In this document: positions 12,781-26,519 of the stretch, piece by piece
How positions within the stretch are numbered: the stretch's first letter is position 1
How the letters are laid out: each line of letters opens with the position of its first letter
Source of the DNA: Mobula hypostoma
Lineage: Eukaryota
DNA: 64,000 nucleotides
Reading direction: 5' to 3'
NCBI RefSeq assembly: GCF_963921235.1
Contig: NC_086108.1
Span: 67,892,001-67,956,000, forward strand
Position numbers and translations under genes: made by a program
The notes under the pieces: model-generated
Database searches by the model: none
The model's input: the letters and a program-made list of their open reading frames with translations, nothing else
Told to the model about the DNA's origin: nothing

Positions 12781-13889
12781 TTGCATCCCTTCCTTAAGAC
12801 TTTAAAGTACCCAAGAGAGATTTTTGACATTATGGTTGTAATTATCCAAAATTCCAAAGGGTCAGTTAAATTTTCATTGAACTGGAAGGTGCAGATGGAG
12901 CTGCTTTATTCAAGAATAGTACTATTGAACCCATTCTCCCAAAGTGAATGTAAAATTCCAAATATCATCGTGGTTATTTTTAGGGGCACCTTCACAATTA
13001 TTAATCCTGTCTCAATGTACAATATCTTGTTTTGTTTAGCCTGTTCTCTGCTGGGTCCAGAATGTGCTATTCTAAGAATCAATGCTGAAAACAGACTTTA
13101 TTCAGGCTACCTTTGGCAATCTAATTTTTCATGGTCATATATAGATTAAAATCCTCCATGATTATCACCATATTAATGATAAATTTCAATTATTTCTTCC
13201 TTTGTACTCCATCTTACCACCTGTTTATTATTATGAGTGCAGAATACTCCCACAGGGCTTTGTTTTATATTTTATTTTGCCATTTTTTGTTTTGTACCTT
13301 CTCCCAAATCAGTTCTACTTGTCATCCCTCTGTATTGTGCCAAGATTATCCTCAACTATTAATTATCTGAATAATTTGATTAGATCTCAACTTGCCTGAT
13401 GGTACTCCTCATTATTACATTAATCCTTCATTCACATTTTTATGCTCAATGAAAAATTTGACAGCACAACAGATCTTTTGAAATAATTGAGATAGATCAA
13501 CTAATATAATACAGTGCTGAAAAAAGTTATATGCAATTAGTATCCAGAATGTCCACTTACTGTAAGTAAGGGTGCACTATGATATTCTTTACCACACAAT
13601 TAGATAATTGCATGACATTTTCCAAATAGAAAAACTATGTTTAAGTCATGTTGGCCCTGGCCTGTTGTTACACAATGAGGCCAAATGTTATTTATTCAGT
13701 GATGATCTATCATTGCATGTATATTTATGGGAAAATCATTGTAAGTGGTCTCGGGAACGAAGCAACCCGTGACTTGATGACCAAAGTGTTAATTCTAATG
13801 GGACTTCCAATTTCAAACAGTTACCTTGGCTAGAAACACGTCCTGTTCAAGTTCCTGCAATGCCTGCATAATGATGTCTGGAATCTAAA

Positions 13890-14385
13890 GTCAAATTGGT
13901 AAATTGATTTATTATTGTCACACATACCAAGGTACATGACTTGAATGCTATCTATATAGATCAATTAATTACAACTACAAGATAAAACTATAACAGAGTG
14001 CAGAATAAATGATTATAGTACAGGGAAAGTCCAGTGCAGATAGAAAGGTGTAAGGTCATGATGAGATAGAGTGAGGTCATAAGTCCATCATATCATGTTA
14101 AGGAAACATCCAGTAGTCTTATAACAGCAGAATAGAAGCTGTCCTTAAACCTGCTGGTACATGCTACCAGGATTTTTTATCTTCTGCCCAATGGGAGATG
14201 GGAGGAGAGAGAGTTTTTGAGGTGGATGGGATCTTTGATTATGATGGCTGCTTTACTGAGGCAGTGAGAAGTGTAGATAGAATCAATGGACAGGAAGCTG
14301 GTTTCTGTGATGTGTTGACCTCTATCCACAACCCCCTGTGGTTTCTTGTGGTCACAGGCACAGCAGTTACCACACCAAGCCATGA
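13890..14385 (-). mobile_element. Rex1 LINE 3' fragment
   Basis: ORF 14177-14383 (AW.GNC...D.K..Q.VV...Q.IT, KA..IIKDP.H, LP.GRR) followed by 3' UTR. Confidence 0.85.
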
Positions 14386-14914
14386 AGTGATGTTCAAATC
14401 ATTGCAACGTGGACGTATAGGCATGCCATGTGCAGAGATGATCACATGGATTGATAATGATAAGGTTTTTGCTGGTGAATTGCATGAGTTAGGGCTCAAA
14501 AGCTCCAAGTTGTAAACATAGGGAACACCAGTACAAGAAGAGCAAACCTCAGGAAGCATCTGTTTGCCAAAACTCATTGCACACTCAGTGTTCCACCTGA
14601 TTGATTTAAATATGTATTCAACTCTGTGACTGGGTGTTTAACTGAATCGTCAGTTGCCTTTAGGCTTAAAGCTGGCATTACAATTACTTCAAAGGAATCT
14701 CACAATCCATTCTGTGGCAATAAGCTGTAATGGCAACTTACAGCACAGATATCTATCAAGGAAGGCAGCTCCAGAGCAGATATTTTAGCATACTGGTTGG
14801 GAATGATGGAGAATGTTTGATGATATTTTAATTGATTGAGGCCATGTTCCTTTCCTACTGAATGGTACTAATAAACACAAGTGACATGGGACAATGATAA
14901 AAAGGATATGATTT

Positions 14915-16182
14915 TGTTCTTGGCCTTGGATCACCTGGACAATAGAAATACCCATGTCAGGATGGCTATTGATTGTTGCTCATCATTTAACACCATCATT
15001 CCCACAGTCCTGATCAAAAAGCTACAGAACCTGGGCCTCTGTACCTTCCTCTGCAACTGGATCCTCGACTTCCTAACTGGAAGACCACAATCTGTGCGGA
15101 TTGGTAATAACATCTCCATCTCGCTGACGATCAACATGTGTGCTTAGCCCACTGCTCTACTCTCTTTACACCCATGACTGTGTGGCTAGGCATAGTTCAA
15201 ATGGCATCTATAAATTTACTGATGATACAACATTATTGGCAAAATCTTAGATGGCGACAAGAGGGCATACAGGAGTGAAATATACCAGCTGGCTGAGTGG
15301 TGTCACAGCAACAACCTTGCACTCAACGTCAGTAAGAACAAAGATCTGATTGTGGACTTCAGGAAGGGTAAGATGAGGGAGCACAAAGTAATTCTCATAG
15401 GGGGATCAGAAGTGGAGAGGGTGAGCAGTTTCAAGTTTCTAAGTGTTAATATCTCTGATGACTTCACCTGGTCTCAACATACTGATGCAGCTATAAAGAA
15501 GGCAAGACAGCGACTATATTTCATTAGGAGTTTGAGGAGATTTGGAATGACACCTAAAACACTCAAAGGTTTCTACAGATGTACATTGGACAGCATTCTC
15601 ACTGGTTGCATCATCATGTGGTATAGTGGGTGGGGGGGGGGCTACTGCACAGGATCATAATAAGCTGCAGACAGTTGTAAGATTAGTGATCTCCATCATG
15701 GGCACTAGCTCCCTTGGTATCCAAGACATCTTCAAGGAACGGTGCCTCACAGAGGTGGCATCCATCATTAAGGACCCCCACTACCCAGGACATGCCCGCT
15801 TCTCATTAATACCATCAGGAAGGAGGTACAGAAGCCTGAAGGTGTGCACTCAGCAATTCAGGAACAACTTTCCCTTTACTAGATCAGATAGTGGTCATAG
15901 TCATAGTCACACTTTATTGACCAATTTCCCCCGGGATCAATAAAGTATGACTATGACTATGACTACTATCTGATTTCTGAATGGACATTGAAACCATGAA
16001 CACTATCTCACTACATTTTTGTTTCTCTTTTTGCACTACATATATAATTTAACTATTTGATGTACATATGATCACTGTAATTTGTTTTTTCTATGTTATC
16101 ATGTATTGCGTTGTACTGCTGCCACAAAGCTAACACATTTCACAACATATGCCAGTGATATTAAACCTGATTCTGATTCTTA
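14915..16182 (+). mobile_element. Rex1 LINE, 5'-truncated
   Basis: ORFs 14881-15147, 15352-15660 and 15626-15943 ([40 protein letters not shown]). Tail GATATTAAACCTGATTCTGATTCT. Confidence 0.92.
15883..15974. repeat. 38-bp inverted repeat (36/38 match, 16-bp spacer) containing AATAAAG(TATGAC)n
   Basis: Arms 15883-15920 and 15937-15974 are reverse complements with two mismatches. Confidence 0.9.
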
Positions 16183-16759
16183 ATGTAACCCTTTCCATCA
16201 AAGCACTTGCAACATGGACCTCTTTCGAGAGTAATGCTTATTTTTCTGCTGCCATATTTCACAATTATTTGAGCATCAGAGACACAACATTGCTTTGTGA
16301 AAGAATGAGATCTCTGGGCTGGTCATTGCAGCCATGAATGATATTTTCAATATTTGAATTCTTACAAAAAGCTTTATTTTCTTTTGGCTAGTATAGTGAT
16401 TCTACTGGAGCGATAATAGTGGACATTACTTGATCACATTTTGCTCTATTCTTTGCCACTGAGAATAAATGCAGTGTAGTACATATGGAACAGTGAATGT
16501 GCTAGGATTTGTGGTGGAACTTTGGAGTGGGATGCTCATGAAAACTGCCAGTCAAAGTAATTGTCTCAAATTGTTTCTTAAGAGAATGTCTCCTGCCTAT
16601 GGCATATCACTTTATTTTCACACAGTGGCACTGAGACGGACTACAATTTTAACTCCTTGGGAATGAAGCAATCATGTGGGCTTCCAAGAAATGTAGCAAA
16701 ATTCTTCTTGTGGACTACAAAATGTCTCATGTCTAGGTGAAAACAGCTTTAAAATTGGA

Positions 16760-16923
16760 ATCAGGCAGCACCACTGGAGGGGAATAAGTAGTCGACGTTA
16801 AGGCAGAGACCCTTCATCCTAGATAACCATAAGATCAAGTAATGAAGGGTCTCAGCCCAAAATGTCATTTCTTATTGCCCTCCATAGATGCTGTCCTGCT
16901 TTCTGAATTCCTCCAGCATTGTT

Positions 16924-16927
<4 letters not shown>
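16760..16927. mobile_element. Inverted pair of Penelope-derived short elements
   Basis: Minus copy (GTCGACGTTAAGGCAGAGACCCTTCATC) followed by plus copy (ATGAAGGGTCTCAGCCCAAAATGTC...TTCCTCCAGCATT). Confidence 0.7.

Positions 16928-16963
<36 letters not shown>
16928..16963. repeat. (TG)n microsatellite
   Basis: Uninterrupted TG run at the end of the Penelope-derived element. Confidence 0.95.
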
Positions 16964-16965
<2 letters not shown>

Positions 16966-18854
16966 CGCGCACGCGCCTTTGCTTCTCATGCCAGAGAGTT
17001 TAGTTGAAGTTTTGGTGTGCCACAACCATGGGTGCAGTCATTGTAAAAAGCAATTTTTAAAGAAATGATCACAAGTAGCTATTCAGCTTTTCAGGTTATA
17101 CTATACATTCTAGAAATTCTTCTTTTACATTGTTAATTTGATTTTCCCAGTCTTTTTCCAGATTAAGAACCCCCAGGACTATTGTATTACCCTTACTACT
17201 AAATGCACCATAAATTTCTATATATTGTCTATATTCCTATAAACAACTCGCACCGATGCACTTCTTCTTCCTCCACCGAAAGAAACTCTAATACTATCAT
17301 CTGGATTTTCTGAGCCAAGAACCTTCTTACAAACTACAGTAACATCAGCCCTTATTAACAATTGCAGTTTAGTTCTTTTACCTTTTTGCCTGTTCTTCTT
17401 GAATTAATGTGGAATTTATCAATTTATGGGCCCTACCTTCAGTAGAAAAAGTCCTAGAAAACTAAAAGCTTTCTGCTCTCTCCTTTCAGCCACATCATTC
17501 AAATCATTTTGAAGTGACAGGGTGGAGAATCAGAAGATGTGGAGTGGAAAAAATGTGACAGTGGAGAAGTGTGTATGGAACCAGAGGAGGTAGCGGAGGT
17601 ACTTAATGAATACTTTGCTTCAGTATTCAGATGGAAAAGGATCTTGGTGATTGTACGGATGACTTACAGTGGATTGAAAAGCTTGATCATATAGACATTA
17701 AGAAAGTGGATGCGCTGGAGCTTTTGTAGAGCATCAATTTGGATAAGTCTCTGGGACCGATCAAGATGTACCCTAATCTACTGTCGGAAACGAGGGAGGA
17801 GATTGCTGAGCCTCTGGCAATAATCTTTGCATCATCAATGGGGACAGGAGAGGTTCCAGAGGATTAGAGGGTTGCAGATGCTGTTCCCTTATTCAAGAAA
17901 GTGAGTAGAGATAGCCCAGGAAATTATAGACCAGTGAGTCTTACTTCAGTGGTTGGTAAGTTGATGGAGAAGATCCTGAGAGACAGGATTTATGAACATT
18001 TGGAGAGGCATAATATGATTAGGAATAGTCAGCATGGCTTTGTCAAAGGCAGGTTGTACCTTACGAGCCTGATTGAATTTTTTGAGGATGTGACTAAACA
18101 CATTGAGGAAGGTAGAGCCGTAGATGTAGCATATATAGATTTCAGCAAGGAATTTGATAAGGTACCCCATGCAAGGCTTTTTGAGAAAGTAAGGAGGCAT
18201 GGGATCCAAGGGAACCTTGCTTTGTGGATCCAGAATTGGCTTGCCCACAGAAGTTAAACAGTGGTTGTAGAAGGGTCATATTCTGCATGGAGGTCGGTGA
18301 CCAGTGGTGTGCCTCTGGGATCTGTTCTGAGACCCCTTGTCTTTGTGATTTTTATAAGTGACCTGGATGAGGAAGTGGAGGGATGGTTAGTAAATTTGCT
18401 GATGGCACAAAGGTTCGGGGCGCTGCATTTAGTGTGGAGGGCTGTCAGAGGTTACAGTGGGACATCGATAGGATGCAAAACTGGGCTGAGAAGTGGCAGG
18501 TGGAGTTCAACCCAGATAAGTGTGAGGCGTTCATTTTGGTAGGTCAAATATGATGTCAGACTATAGTATTAATGGTAAGAATCTTGGCAGTGTGGAGGAT
18601 CAGAGGGATCTTGGGGTCCGAGTCCATATGACACTCAAAGCTGCTGCGCAGGTTGACTGTGTGGTTAAAAAGGCATATGGTGATTGGGTTTCAAGATGGT
18701 AGCACAGTGAAAAGTCTGCTTTGCTGAGCTCAGCATCGCAACACTGATAATTTTGCATATAAACCTATCCGTTTCAACTTTTTTTTTAATGCTCAAGTGT
18801 CAGATTTAATGACGTGAACGTTGATGAGTATTTTTTTTGAGCTGCTTCAACACC

Positions 18855-19701
18855 ATGCCATCAAAGGGTACTAAAAAGGCGGCCAAGATGGACCACACAG
18901 AGCACTCGCCCGGGGCTGAGGAGCTAGCTACTGCCAGCTATGCTAACACGTTGGACCCTGCTTTTCGTCAAGTAATTCAGGAAGTTACGGAGAACATATC
19001 CAAAATGATGGACGAGAAGCTGGCTCCACTCTCTCTGACACTCCAAAACCACACGTTGTAGCTTAAAAATCTTGATTCAAGGACGACCAATGCCAAGGGC
19101 CAAGTCTCCGCGGTAGAAACTGTAGCTGATCAGGCCCAAAGCCGCATCCGGGCACTAGAAAAGCAAGTTCAAAGCCTGTCTGACTATATCAATGATCTTG
19201 AGAACAGAGGTAGAAGGAAGAATATATGAATCATCAGTCTACCTGAAGGTACAGAAGGCAGCCAACCAGCAAAGCTATTTGAGGGCTGGCTGCCAAATTT
19301 CCTTGATTTGGAAACCAAGGCTGGACGCAGAAAAGTGGAAAGAGCTCACCATACGCTGGCACCAAAATTGGGTCCAGGCCAACGCCCTCAACCTGTCCTC
19401 GTGCGGTTCCATAATTTCGGCGATAAGCAAAGAGTGATGGCGGCTTCAAGGCACCATGGAACTGATGCCCAGGCTTTAATACATGAGGGTTGCAGGCTTA
19501 TGCTTTTTCAAGATTTTTCGGCAGCCATTATTCAGAAGCGCAAGGATTCGACCAGGTAAAGAAACGGCTGAGAGTATCCGGAATCCAGTTCCAGATTCAA
19601 TGCTGCTATAGCCAGTGGCATTGAAAATCACCTACAACGGGACTACCAAGATATTTGATTCTACTGGCAAAGCTAAAACTTTTGTGGACAAGTTGGGCTA
19701 A
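18855..19701 (+). pseudogene. L1 ORF1 (RNA-binding/chaperone protein) remnant
   Basis: Starts MPSKGTKK. Coiled coil, then DLENRGRRKNI, ERAH.TL, PQPVLVRFHNF.DKQRV and LFQDFS motifs of L1 ORF1p. Several stops and frameshifts. Confidence 0.85.
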
Positions 19702-20144
19702 AGAATGTATACAGTATATTGAGTAGCCATGGTTATAGATGATAACGTGCTCCATGGTCGTTTTATTACTTTTCGTTACTCGACGGCAAGAAATCTTATA
19801 GGATGGGTAACTTGTTTGTTTTTATTAATACAGTTCCATTATTTGTTTATATTAGCGGTGCTGCTCCAGCCTGAAAAAGTTTAAACATGACGATAACAAA
19901 TCGGTGGATTGATAAATGATGCCCTGTTTTCATTTTTGACTATGTTAAATGCCATATTGGCAGTGAGGCAGAATATGGGGTGCTAGAAGGTTCAGATATC
20001 CCCTTTAAGTGTGGGGTAAGTCCTCTTGTTCAGCGCTGTTGGCGGTTTGGTTTTTTTGTGGGTTTTTTTTATTTACTTATTGCTGCTCAGCTGATCTTAA
20101 GTTAGGTTTCTTCTCTTCCGGAGTCACGATTGTTATAAAGGGTT

Positions 20145-23100
20145 ATGACCAGTAATATATTAAAATTGTGCACTTGGAACATTCAGGGGAGTCGTTCACC
20201 AAACAAGAGAAAGAAAATCCTACTAAACCTGAAAAAGGAAAGGGTGGATATAGCCTTATTGCAGGAGACACATTTAAATGATAAAGAACATCCAAAACTG
20301 CAACAGAGTGGATTTGATCAAGTCCATTTTTCATCTTTTAAAACCAGGAGTAGGAGGGTGGCCATTTTAATTAGGAACAACTTACCTTTTTAAGTTATTA
20401 GACTGTATTAAGGATAAGTATGGGAGATTTGTGATTGTTAAGGCTTCAATATATGGAGAGGAATATGGTATTACCAATGTTTACTGCCCTCCAGCTCATC
20501 CTCTCAAATTCCTAACAGATGTTTTTTCCAAACTTACAAGCTTTTCAATACAAAACATTATTGTAGGTGGGGATTTTAATTGTCTCATGGACCCATTTAT
20601 GGACAGAGTGCCTAGTGGTCCCCTATTGCTCTCCTCACAGTCCAAACAAATCATGGGCTTATGTGGAGAACTAGGATGTGTGGATGTCTGGAGGTTGTTA
20701 CATCCCTCAGACAAAGACTTCACATTTTTTTCTAATCCACACAAGTATTACACCAGAATAGACTTTTTTCTAACCCTCAAAACACTCCTAGATTTAGTTG
20801 TATTCTGCACAATTGGAAATATTGCTATTTCTGACCATGCAGCAGTATATTTAAATATTAAGCCCAAAGATAATTCAGCATCATCTAAACATTGGAGGCT
20901 GAATCCTTTCATTCTAAAAGATAATAAATTTATAGACTACTTTATTTCCGAACTCAAAACTTTCCTATCTATTAATTCCAAAACAGCTAGTAGTCCATCA
21001 GCGCTCTGGGAAACCATTAAGTCCCATGCAAGGGGATTAATTATCTCCTACTCTGCTAGTAAGAAATGACAAGCTGCGGAACAGCAGCGCCTAGTGGAAG
21101 CAAGGCTTGCAGCAGCTAAAAAGGATTTTATTAATAAGCCTTCTGCAGCCAAGTTACAGAATATCACAGCCCTACACTGTACACTAAACTCGTCACTTAC
21201 ACAAGCAGCCAAAAGAAAATTAACATTTGCTAAACAATGATTGTTTGAACATGGTGAGAAACCAGGTAGGTATTTGGCTTATTTAGCTAGAAAGAAAAAT
21301 GCCTTTCAGACTATTGCTTCAATTAGGGATGGGACAGGAGCCCTCACTAATAATTCTAAAATGATTAATTTTGTGTTTAAGAATTTTTATTCTAAACTGT
21401 ATCAATCTGAGCAAAGTAATGATGGACGATCTAGGATGGAGTCCTTTTTCAGGAATTTAGATCTTCGAGGCATTTCTTCTGAACAAGAGTCCCTCCTCAA
21501 TGCTCTGTTATCTATACATGAGATACAGGAAGTTGTGAGACAGCTCCAAAGTGGGAAGGCCCCTGGTTCTATTGGACTCACTAGTGAATTCTAGAAAGAG
21601 TTCACAGGGTTATTATCAGAGCCTATGCTAAACATGTTCAATCATGCATTTAATTGTGGTCTCCTCCCACCATCATTGAGAGAAGCTAATATCTCCCTAA
21701 CTCTTAAGAAAGGAAAGAGCCCTGAAGATTGTGCCTCCTACAGGCCCATTTCATTGTTAAATGTTGATTTTAAACTCTTATCTAAAACCTTAGCATTGCG
21801 ATTAGAAACTGTGTTACCTTTTATCATAAAAGAGGCTCAAATGGGTTTTGTAAAAGGCCGTAGATCACCTAACAATATCAGAAGATTACTTAATGTGATT
21901 CAGGCATGTCAGCAACAGGCAGTGGATGACTTGGTGGTTTCCTTAGATGCAGAAAAGGCCTTTGATCATGTTGAATGGCCGTATCTTGTTTTCACTTTAG
22001 AACGATTTGGTTTGGGCAATAATTTTATTAAGCAGTTGAAGGTTCTTTATAATGACCCTTTGGCTATGATTCTCATTCTCACTAATGGTATTAGGTCAGA
22101 TAATTTTAGTATTCTGAGGGGCAACCAGCAGGGCTGCCCTTTAACACCATTACTTTTCACACTAGTGATCTATTGGCTGAGACTATTCGGCGAGACCCCA
22201 AAATATCTGCTGCAGACATAGGACTAAAGTCACATAAAATTACATTGTATGCGGATGACATTCTAACTTCCTCATCAAACCCTGCTATATCATACCTTAT
22301 ACAATGCATCAATTCACTTAGTGCCTTTTCAAATGTTAAAATCAACTTTACTAAATCAGAGGCTATGCCTCTGGAGAATCTGCAGCAAGTACCTGACACT
22401 CAGGGTGTTTTCCCCTTTAAATGGTTGCAGACATGTTTTGTTTACTTAGGCATATTTATCACACCTACGTTTGATCAATTGTTCAAAGCCAGCTTTACAC
22501 AGTTATTTGACAAAATCAAACAGGATCCTGAACGACGGAGCACTCTTCCCATTCCTTGGCTTGGCCGAATATCCTTGCTGAAAATGAACATTCTTCCTTG
22601 TCTGCTCTACCCAATAAGAATGATTCCAGTCATTTTTACCCAACAAATACTTAAACAAATAAATGGCTGGTTTGTTTCTTTCTTCTGGAACAAAAAAAAG
22701 ACCCTGTATTAAAATGTGTAAGTTACAGCTTCCCAGTAGTCTAGGGGGTCTGGATTTTCCAGACATCAAAAAATATCAATTAAGTTCCTTTTTACCTTAT
22801 ATGGTTGACTGGGTTTGCAAGGACCCCTCCTCAATTTGCCTAGACATTGAAGCTTCACAAGCAAAATGTCCTCTTATTAATTTGCTTTTCCTCAATAAGA
22901 TGAAATTAGTTAAGGAATATTGTCACAATCCAATAACAGTTAATACAGTCAGAGCTTGGAGGGCGGTGCGACAAATTGAGGGCAACGCAGCAAAAATATC
23001 ACCCTTCACTCCAATAACCGGCAGTCCGGATTTTCAGCCTGGCATAATGGATTCCGGATTTAAACTTTGGATTTCTAAGGGTATTTTCCATCTAGGAGAT

Positions 23101-23931
23101 TTGTTTGATGAAGGAACGATGATGTCTTTAATTCAAATAGTACAGAAATTTAACATGCCCAATAAGGATCTTTTTCGTTTCTTTCAGATAAGAGATCATA
23201 TACAGAAAAAAACGTCATTGTTAACTGATTTCTATAGTTCTGACATAGAAAAGAGGGTGTTTTGTTCTAAGGGTGAAGTCTCTATTAGTACTTTTTACAG
23301 CATCCTGAGGGAATGTTCTTGTGGAGAAGCTGAGCAGCTGGAATGGGTCTGGGAGTAGAAATTACAGCTGAAACTTGGGAAGACATCTGCGACAATGCAA
23401 AGAAGATTTCAGTTTGTAACAGAACTAAAGCATTGCAACTCAAAATCCTGCATAGAGCCCATCTGACTCCAGATCGTCTTTCGAAATTTAAGACAGGGGT
23501 TTCTCCGATGTGTTCTAAATGTAAAGTAAATACTGGAACTTCCACCCACTGTTTTTGGACTTGTCCCAAACTTCAGGCATATTGGAGTGATATCTTGGGT
23601 GAAATGGAAAAGATTCTGAAGATGGAGCTTGAACTGGACCCAGTGTCTTTTCTCTTAGGCTTACTCAGCAGTTGTATTATTAATGCACATCAGAAAAAAA
23701 CTTTTTAACATCCTGACTTTTTGTGTGAGGAAGAACATTTTACTTTGTTGGATATCCGATAAGGCCCCCGGACTTTTTGGTTGGCGTAAATTAATCATGG
23801 AATACATTGCTTTGGACTTTTTGACATGTATGGTACACCCAAAAACAAATAGTTTTCATAAAACATGGCAACCTTTTCTGCAGTATATAGATGTAAACCT
23901 GTCTGCTATACTAATAAGGGCTTTTGTATAG
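20145..23931 (+). pseudogene. L1 ORF2 (APE endonuclease, RT, CCHC) remnant
   Basis: TWNIQG, LQETHL, GGDFN, YTRIDFF, SDH, YRPISLLNVD.KLLSK.LA.RL, SLDAEKAFD.VEW, QGCPL.PLLF, LYADD, GGL.FP and C..C.......HCFW.C occur in order across fragmented ORFs. Confidence 0.95.
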
Positions 23932-26019
23932 GATGTTGTGGTGATGTCTATATTTTGATGGAAGTGTTCTGATTCTTGATATCTGTGGGGGGAAGAAATA
24001 TAAATGTAAGTGTATCTGGAAATTGAAAGTCTTGTTATGCTGAGCAAAAAAAAATTAAAAGTTATATATTAAAAAAAGAAGACATATGGTGCATTGCATT
24101 CATCAACCGTGGGATTGAGTTTAAGAGCAGGAAGGTAATGTTGCAGCTTTATAGGACCCTGGTCAGACCCCTCTTGGAGTATTGCTCAGTTCTGGTCACC
24201 TCACCACAGGAAGGATGTGGAAACTATAGAAATGGTGCAGAGGAGATTTACAAGAATGTTACCTAGATTGGGGAGCATGCCTTATGAGAATAGGTTGAGT
24301 AAACTTGGCCTTATCTCCTTGGAGTGATGGAGGATGAGAGGTGACCTGATAGAGGTGTATAAGATGATGAGAGGCATTGACCGTGTGGATAGTCAGAGGC
24401 TTCTTCCCAGGGCTGAAATGGCTAGTATGAGAGAGCGCAGTTTTAAGATGCTTGGAAGTAGGAACAGAGGAGATGTCAGGGGTAAGTTTTTTTATGCAGA
24501 GAGTGGTGAGTGTGTGGAATGGTGGTGGAGGTGGATACGATAAGGTCTTTTAACAGACTCCTGAATAAGTACATGGTGCTTAGAAAAATAGAGGGCTATG
24601 GGTAACCCTAGATAATTTCTGAAGTAAGTACTTGTTCAGCACAGCATTGTGGGCTGAAGGGCCTATATTGTGCTGTAGGTTTTCTATGTGGTCAACTTTA
24701 GTACCAATGACATAAATAGAAAGAGGGACGAGGTCCTGTAAGCAGAGTTAAGGAAACCAGAAATAAGTTAAAAAGCAAGACCCCAAAGAAGGCACTCTTA
24801 AAAATGTTGCTGGTGTCATGAAATTCCCAAATATGTAAATTGTTTTTGTCATCTGACCATAATATCCCATACTGAATCTCACAAATACTATTTAAAGACT
24901 GCCATGGCTATTTGATATGAGCCAGTACCAGAAAATACTTAAATGCAACACTTGTCAGAGAAAGAGTATTGTTGACATCACAAAGTTCTTGGTGTTATGT
25001 TCAGAATCATAGAGATGTCAAATACAGACTCGGGCTTTTTGGCACACAGTACCTATGCTGACTGTCGCAGTCTATATTAAGCCCATTTAGACAGATCAGG
25101 TCCACAGCCTTCTAAAATGTCCTCAGTTAAGTCTTCATATAATATTTGATTTTTACAAATTTAACTCAGTGAAGTACCTACCATCTGATGTTTATTAAAT
25201 ATTATTTTAGTATCTTTTTCACCTTCTCCACAATAATAGCTCAGAAACAGATGTAGGTACTTGTGGAATTCTACACCTTTTCTTCAGAATCCTCTTGATG
25301 GAATGAGTGAGAAAGGATAGGTGAAAGCCTGGTGGTGGCCTGAGCCTTCCGGAAGTGACCCTTCATTCTATGAAGAGTAGTGATTTTATGTAGCTTTTGC
25401 TTTAAAATTATCACCCAGTCAATCAATGTAACTGTGAATCCAGATAGAAACAGCCAAAGGTTCTGTTTTCTGCTGCTTATGCATCCCGTAGAGTTTAAAG
25501 TGACATTCTCACTCTGTGCCATATTTCAAGGTTCCTCCTTAGAGATCCAAGCAGAGAGTCTTTGCATAAAACCGCAGATACCTGTCCTATTATTGTGAGA
25601 CAAGTGGCATTGTCTGAATTTATACATGCTCTGGTCTGGAGCATAAGCTTGCTCTGGATGATGAGTGGGTATCTTTGCTCTGCAAGTTGCCACATTATGG
25701 TTTGACATGGTGGTACAAAAAGTAGTCACAATACAATTATGTGAGGAGGGAGATTCACCTGTCCCCTGGGCATTAACGTCGGCCATCATTATATCCTTCC
25801 GGCCACAGTCATAGTTGACTGCCCACTGAGGATATGGTAACCCTCTTGGTTGATCAACATTATAGGGTTCTGGTGGGTTTTGCATGTGCAATATGAATAC
25901 ATTCAAAAACGACTACCCTGGTAGACCATCACTCTGTCTGATAGCTGAGGCAGAAATGAACTTGTTTTCCTACAGTCTCCATAACCTCCACAACGCAGTG
26001 ACATATTGCGTGGGGTCAG

Positions 26020-26130
26020 GATATGAAGGGATATGGAGACAAGGCAGGAGATTGGGCTGAGAGGAAAATGGTGGAGCAGACTTGATGGGCCAAATGGCCT
26101 CATTCTGCTCCTATATCTTATGGCCTCATG
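26020..26130 (+). mobile_element. CR1 3'-end fragment
   Basis: GATGGGCCAAATGGCCTCATTCTGCTCCTATATCTTATGG matches the CR1 3' ends elsewhere in the window. Confidence 0.8.
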
Positions 26131-26134
26131 TGGT

Positions 26135-26395
26135 AAAAAGCAAATAGAACTGCAGTCACTGGAGTCTGAAACAAAAAACAGGAATGCTCGAATAACTCAG
26201 CCAGTCAAGCAGCGTCTATGGAAAGGGAGAACAGTCAAATGTTTCAGATCACAAACAAGAGAAAATCTGCAGATGCTGGAAATCCAGGCAACACACACAG
26301 TCCCGATGAAAGGTCTCGGGCTGAAATGTCGACTGTACTCTTTTCCATACAGACTGCCTGGCCTGCTGAGTTCCTCCAGCATTTTGTGTGTTGTA
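26135..26395. mobile_element. Cluster of Penelope-derived short elements (old minus copy plus younger inverted pair)
   Basis: ACAAGAGAAAATCTGCAGATGCTGGAAATCC (minus copy end), then CAGTCCCGATGAAAGGTCTCGGGCTGAAATGTCGACTG...CCTGCTGAGTTCCTCCAGC (plus copy). Confidence 0.75.
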
Positions 26396-26519
26396 AATGT
26401 TTCGGATTTGCAGCTCTGCAAATACTACCAGATTGTTATATGCTGCACATCTACAAAACCAGAAATGAGCTGAGTTTTAATTCAGCCCTTTGGCTGTTTA
26501 TGTAACTGTGTTTCTGAAT

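Larger units (their letters stand above)
18683..24075 (+). mobile_element. Full-length L1-clade LINE (about 5.4 kb), inactivated
   Basis: 5' UTR, ORF1, ORF2 and A-rich tail are present. 16-bp TSD AAAAAGGCATATGGTG (18667-18682) / AAGAAGACATATGGTG (24076-24091) at a TT|AAAA site. Confidence 0.95.
17550..24690 (+). mobile_element. CR1 LINE (17550-18682 plus 24076-24690) interrupted by an L1
   Basis: ORF 17901-18257 (PGNYRPVSLTSVVGKLME, SQHGFVKGR..LT.LIEFFE, DFSK.FDKVPH). Resumes after the L1 with ORF 24334-24543 (MRGDLIEVYKMMRG.DRVD). Confidence 0.93.

Noticed and set aside
20145..23931. L1 ORF2 as an active CDS
   Set aside because: Multiple in-frame stops and frameshifts break it into many fragments.
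25271..25522. KGHFRKAQA, a TPR-like motif in a minus ORF
   Set aside because: Flanking residues do not continue a TPR pattern and no convincing exon structure supports it.
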